Below, piece after piece: positions 60,790 to 63,960 of a stretch of 63,960 nt of DNA. Position numbers and translations under genes: made by a program. How positions within the stretch are numbered: the stretch's first letter is position 1; each line of letters begins with the position of its first letter. The notes beneath the pieces are model-generated. The model was not told where the DNA came from. It was given only the letters and a program-made list of their open reading frames with translations, and did no database searches. The DNA is taken from NCBI GenBank assembly GCA_030265395.1, contig JARFYF010000054.1, positions 15,064,359-15,128,318 of the forward strand. The letters run 5' to 3'. The stretch is from Rhina ancylostomus (Eukaryota).

Positions 60790-60913
60790 GTTTGACAGCG
60801 AGTTATTGCAAATACAAGATGAAGCTCAAAGAGAAAAAATTCAGAAAGAGAAACTGAGCAGAGAAAGAGACAGTTTTATAGCAGAGATATTCAGTCTAAA
60901 GCAACAACTGGAT
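60790..60913 (+). CDS. MYO18A: MYO18A E27 ([41 protein letters not shown])
   Basis: ttccag acceptor, gtatgt donor; 124 nt. Confidence 0.96.
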
Positions 60914-61043
60914 GTATGTACCACCATAACCATAAAAAATTGATCAAATTTGTTAGATTTGGACAGGATTCAAATAACATTGAATAGACCAATAACATAA
61001 ATCAAATCTTATATTGTGTTTCTTTTTCTCTATGCTTCATGGA

Positions 61044-61148
61044 TATGTCGATTGAAAGTTTAAAAATGGTTCATGGCTCATAAATTGTATTGTTATTATG
61101 TTGATTGAAAGTTTACAAATGGTTCATGGCTCATAAATTGTATTGTTA
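61044..61148 (+). repeat. 53-bp tandem duplication
   Basis: tatgtYgattgaaagtttaMaaatggttcatggctcataaattgtattgtta occurs twice with period 53. Confidence 0.9.
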
Positions 61149-61239
61149 ATAGTTTTATTACACTGGCTAACAAGACTTGAGCATCTTGAAATTTGTAGAA
61201 CCTTAAGCAACAGAAGTTTTGTTTTTAACTTGTTTACAG

Positions 61240-61975
61240 CAGGATTTTACTATTGATCTACGACCTGGCACAAAACTTGTGGATTACCAGGCAGCAGTGA
61301 TCCCTGCCCTATCTGCTTTGAGATCCAGCTTATCTACAGTACCATATAAAGGCATTGAAAATATACCACCAATGATTTCCCTGCAAAATCCACCAAGTTC
61401 ATTTGAAGAACAATTGAATCAATTTCAGTTTCCTCTCATAGATCAATATCCCTAATATTGAAATAGAAACTAGAAACACTTAGTTAGCTGCATTGGGCCA
61501 AAGCATATTATTCACATGCTTGACACCAGACTCCTCAAATTACTTGGTGGAAAACAAAAAAGATTCAAGGATGTGCTCAAAGCCACTTCGAAGAAATGCA
61601 AAAATCCCCACCACATCTCCACCAGCTCCTGTGAATCTCTGGCCCATGACCAAAATGGACAAGGAGCATTTGTGATGGAATTAAGAATGTCAAAGTGACA
61701 ATGGGGAGCACACAGAGGTCCTGTGTAAGTAGCAGAAAGAATAGACTACCTCACAAACTAATGTCGGCCATTACTAGCCCCATTTATAGAAGTATTTGTG
61801 ATTNNNNNNNNNNNNNNNNNNNNNNNNNNNNNNNNNNNNNNNNNNNNNNNNNNNNNNNNNNNNNNNNNNNNNNNNNNNNNNNNNNNNNNNNNNNNNNNNN
61901 NNNTTTCCAAATTGGCCTCATTAGCTAACTCCAAGCTCAGTAAACCAAAGTAGAAGTAATTTATCTTTGATCCCA
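61240..61975 (+). mobile_element. RTE (BovB-like) LINE 3' relic
   Basis: TKL..YQAAVIPAL and MLDTRLLKLL-GGKQKRFKDVLKA...CESLAHD resemble the RTE ORF2 C-terminal GGQxKRxKDxLK motif. Confidence 0.75.
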
Positions 61976-62449
61976 AGGGACTGCCTGCGAAGATTGTATT
62001 TATTACATTTTTTAATTGAGCAAATTTCTTAATGTAATAATATTGAAATTTGTAGTGTCCCAGTTAAAGTTCTTTCCAGTATCACCATCCACAGAAGGAA
62101 GCTATTTGATGCATCATATCTGTGCCAGCTCTTTGAAAAAGCTATCCAATTTGCCACAGTCCCTGTTCTTTCCACACAGCCTCACAATTATTTTTTTTCA
62201 ATGATATATCCAATTCTTTTTAAAATATTGAGTCTGTTTCCAGCACAGCTCACTATAAAACAATAATTACTTATTGTTAATCCTGTTTTTTTTTTGCCAT
62301 TGTCTCTGGTACTGATATTCATTCTGGTGGAAACCTTACTTTATTGAAATATTTCTTTATTTTGAATGTCTTAATGGAACGAAGAAAAGTGGGGATGGTA
62401 GTGAGATTTAGGGAAGAGAATTCAGAACTTAGGCCTGTTGAAGGTTCTA

Positions 62450-63175
62450 CACTAGCACTTCCATATCCGGTTGCCCAAAATATCTGTCCTCAATTTCCAT
62501 CTATTTTTCATCTATTTTGGTGCTCCTCAGCCACACCGTCCATAAAGACACCATATGGTTCCATAAGTGTACCTATGACCTCCAGCTGTACCTCACCATC
62601 ACCACTGGTGATTTTCTACTGCCTTTAACATCTGACTATTTGAATATATTCCCTGATACCTTCCTTTGCTCAATCCTCATTAAGTTCATTCTTTAAAACA
62701 CTATACTCCAAGTCCTAACTCATGCTGTATTATTTGCCCATCATCTCTGCAGTGCCTGTGGTGGTTTTCAGTCCAACAACATCAGTATTTTAAAAGTTCC
62801 CATCTTCACATTCCTATCCCTCTGTGACCTCACCCGTTCCCACCTCTTGTTTCCTTTGTTTCTCTGCAAGCCTCCAATTTTGGTGTCTTGGAAAATCTCA
62901 ATTTTAGGTGCTCTACTTTTGATCTCAGTGTTTCAGCTACCAAAGCTTAAATTGGAATTCTCTCCTTGGGCCTCTCCATCTTTCCACCCAATTACCTTTC
63001 TCTCCTTTGTGATGCTCCTTAAAATTTAGCTGTTTAACCAAACTTTTGATCACATGCCCCACAAGCACATGCCTACTTTGATGACAAACGTGGTTTGAAG
63101 ATGAGCTGTGAAGTGTATTGAGATGTTTTGCTGCATTAGGGATGCTATATAAATACATGCTGTTATTGCTGCTTC
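62450..63175 (+). mobile_element. L2-like LINE 3' relic
   Basis: atgacctccagctgtacctc resembles a decayed DDTQLYL; tail ctgtgaag...gctatataaatacatgctgtt. Confidence 0.6.
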
Positions 63176-63650
63176 TTTTAGGCCTGAACATTTAAATGTT
63201 CATCTGCATGGATTTACTTGTCAAACCAGCATCCTCATGGTGGCCTATTTTGTGACACAGAAATATTACAAATCAAAACATGTTTTCTTTATCTGTTTTA
63301 CACAAGGATGCAATCATTCATGACGTTTCACATCTTTCATGCTCTCCTCAGAAGTTCAATCAGCAGCTAATGTAACTCAAAGCAGAATACAAGTTGAACT
63401 TTTATAAGCTACTGGCTGAATCAATTCTGTGTTTTCATACTTGTCAACAAAGCTCATTTGACTTATCAAAGTAATTATTTGGAGTTAAGTGCCATATTTT
63501 AAATTTCACAGATTTCATTCATTTTACTCTGTGATTATGTTGTCTCCTGGATTATCTGCTACATTATAGTCAAACAACTAATTCATAGCTACTGTTTTAA
63601 ATGTGACTGGTTAATTGTTGATTTTTGTTGCTCTTTACTTTGACCACTAG

Positions 63651-63851
63651 GATAAAGATTCTGAGATTATCACTGTAACCCAGAGGGCAGAGAGATTGGA
63701 TGCAGAACTGCAGGATCTGTCTTCTCAAGAATCTAAGGACGAGGCTTCACTTGCTAAAGTGAAGAAGCAGGTTCGTGAGTTGGAGGCCAGAGTTAAGGAT
63801 CAGGAGGAGGAGCTGGATGAACAAGCTGGAACAATTCAGATGCTTGAACAG
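63651..63851 (+). CDS. MYO18A: MYO18A E28 ([40 protein letters not shown]...IQMLEQ)
   Basis: cactag acceptor, gtagaa donor; 201 nt. Confidence 0.97.
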
Positions 63852-63960
63852 GTAGAATCATTTTCTTGTACGAACAATTTAGTATGATATGGAAAACAGA
63901 ATGCTCAGTAATAAGTTGTCAAATGGAATACTTAGAAGTTGGAAGCAAACTATACTGTAC

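Larger units (their letters stand above)
1682..63851 (+). other. MYO18A: MYO18A gene span (partial; 28 coding exons in window)
   Basis: The spliced translation is colinear with vertebrate myosin-18A as recalled (KTEEQIAAE...WLVHKDGFS to ...[16 protein letters not shown]). All visible junctions are AG/GT except one GC donor, and phases are consistent. Confidence 0.97.

Noticed and set aside
1682-63851. MYO18B or a class-2 myosin as the gene identity
   Set aside because: Exon peptides match recalled MYO18A nearly residue for residue (e.g. [32 protein letters not shown]), and the active-site motifs exclude myosin-2.
1-63960. A nested or antisense protein-coding gene, or a novel multi-gene system
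   Set aside because: The remaining ORFs are short and explained by repeat relics, exon antisense frames or chance; I found no second spliceable exon chain on either strand.

Overview
Vertebrate genomic DNA from a draft assembly with many N-gaps. The repeat content (HE1/V-SINE-like and Deu-like SINEs, CR1, L2, Rex1/Babar, RTE, L1 and Penelope-like relics) points to a cartilaginous fish, probably a ray; that assignment is inference. The whole window lies inside one + strand gene, unconventional myosin-18A (MYO18A). I could assemble 28 coding exons by hand (E1-E28, numbered within this window), about 1,230 codons. They run from the SH3-like start of the motor domain through the motor, IQ/neck and the first part of the coiled-coil tail. 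Reading-frame phases agree at every junction that can be checked. The 3' end of E16 is lost in a gap, and both ends of the gene lie outside the window. Notable points: a 12-nt microexon (23675-23686) with a regulated-microexon layout, absent from the ORF track; a GC-AG intron; a 50-nt near-perfect intronic hairpin; an AG|GT ratchet-like site; Penelope pseudo-LTRs with decayed hammerhead-ribozyme cores; and several insertions with readable target-site duplications (solo LTR, Tc1/mariner MITE, L1, PLE), plus a young Gypsy element with no readable TSD. I see no convincing new multi-gene system. Repeat family calls and boundaries are by eye and approximate.
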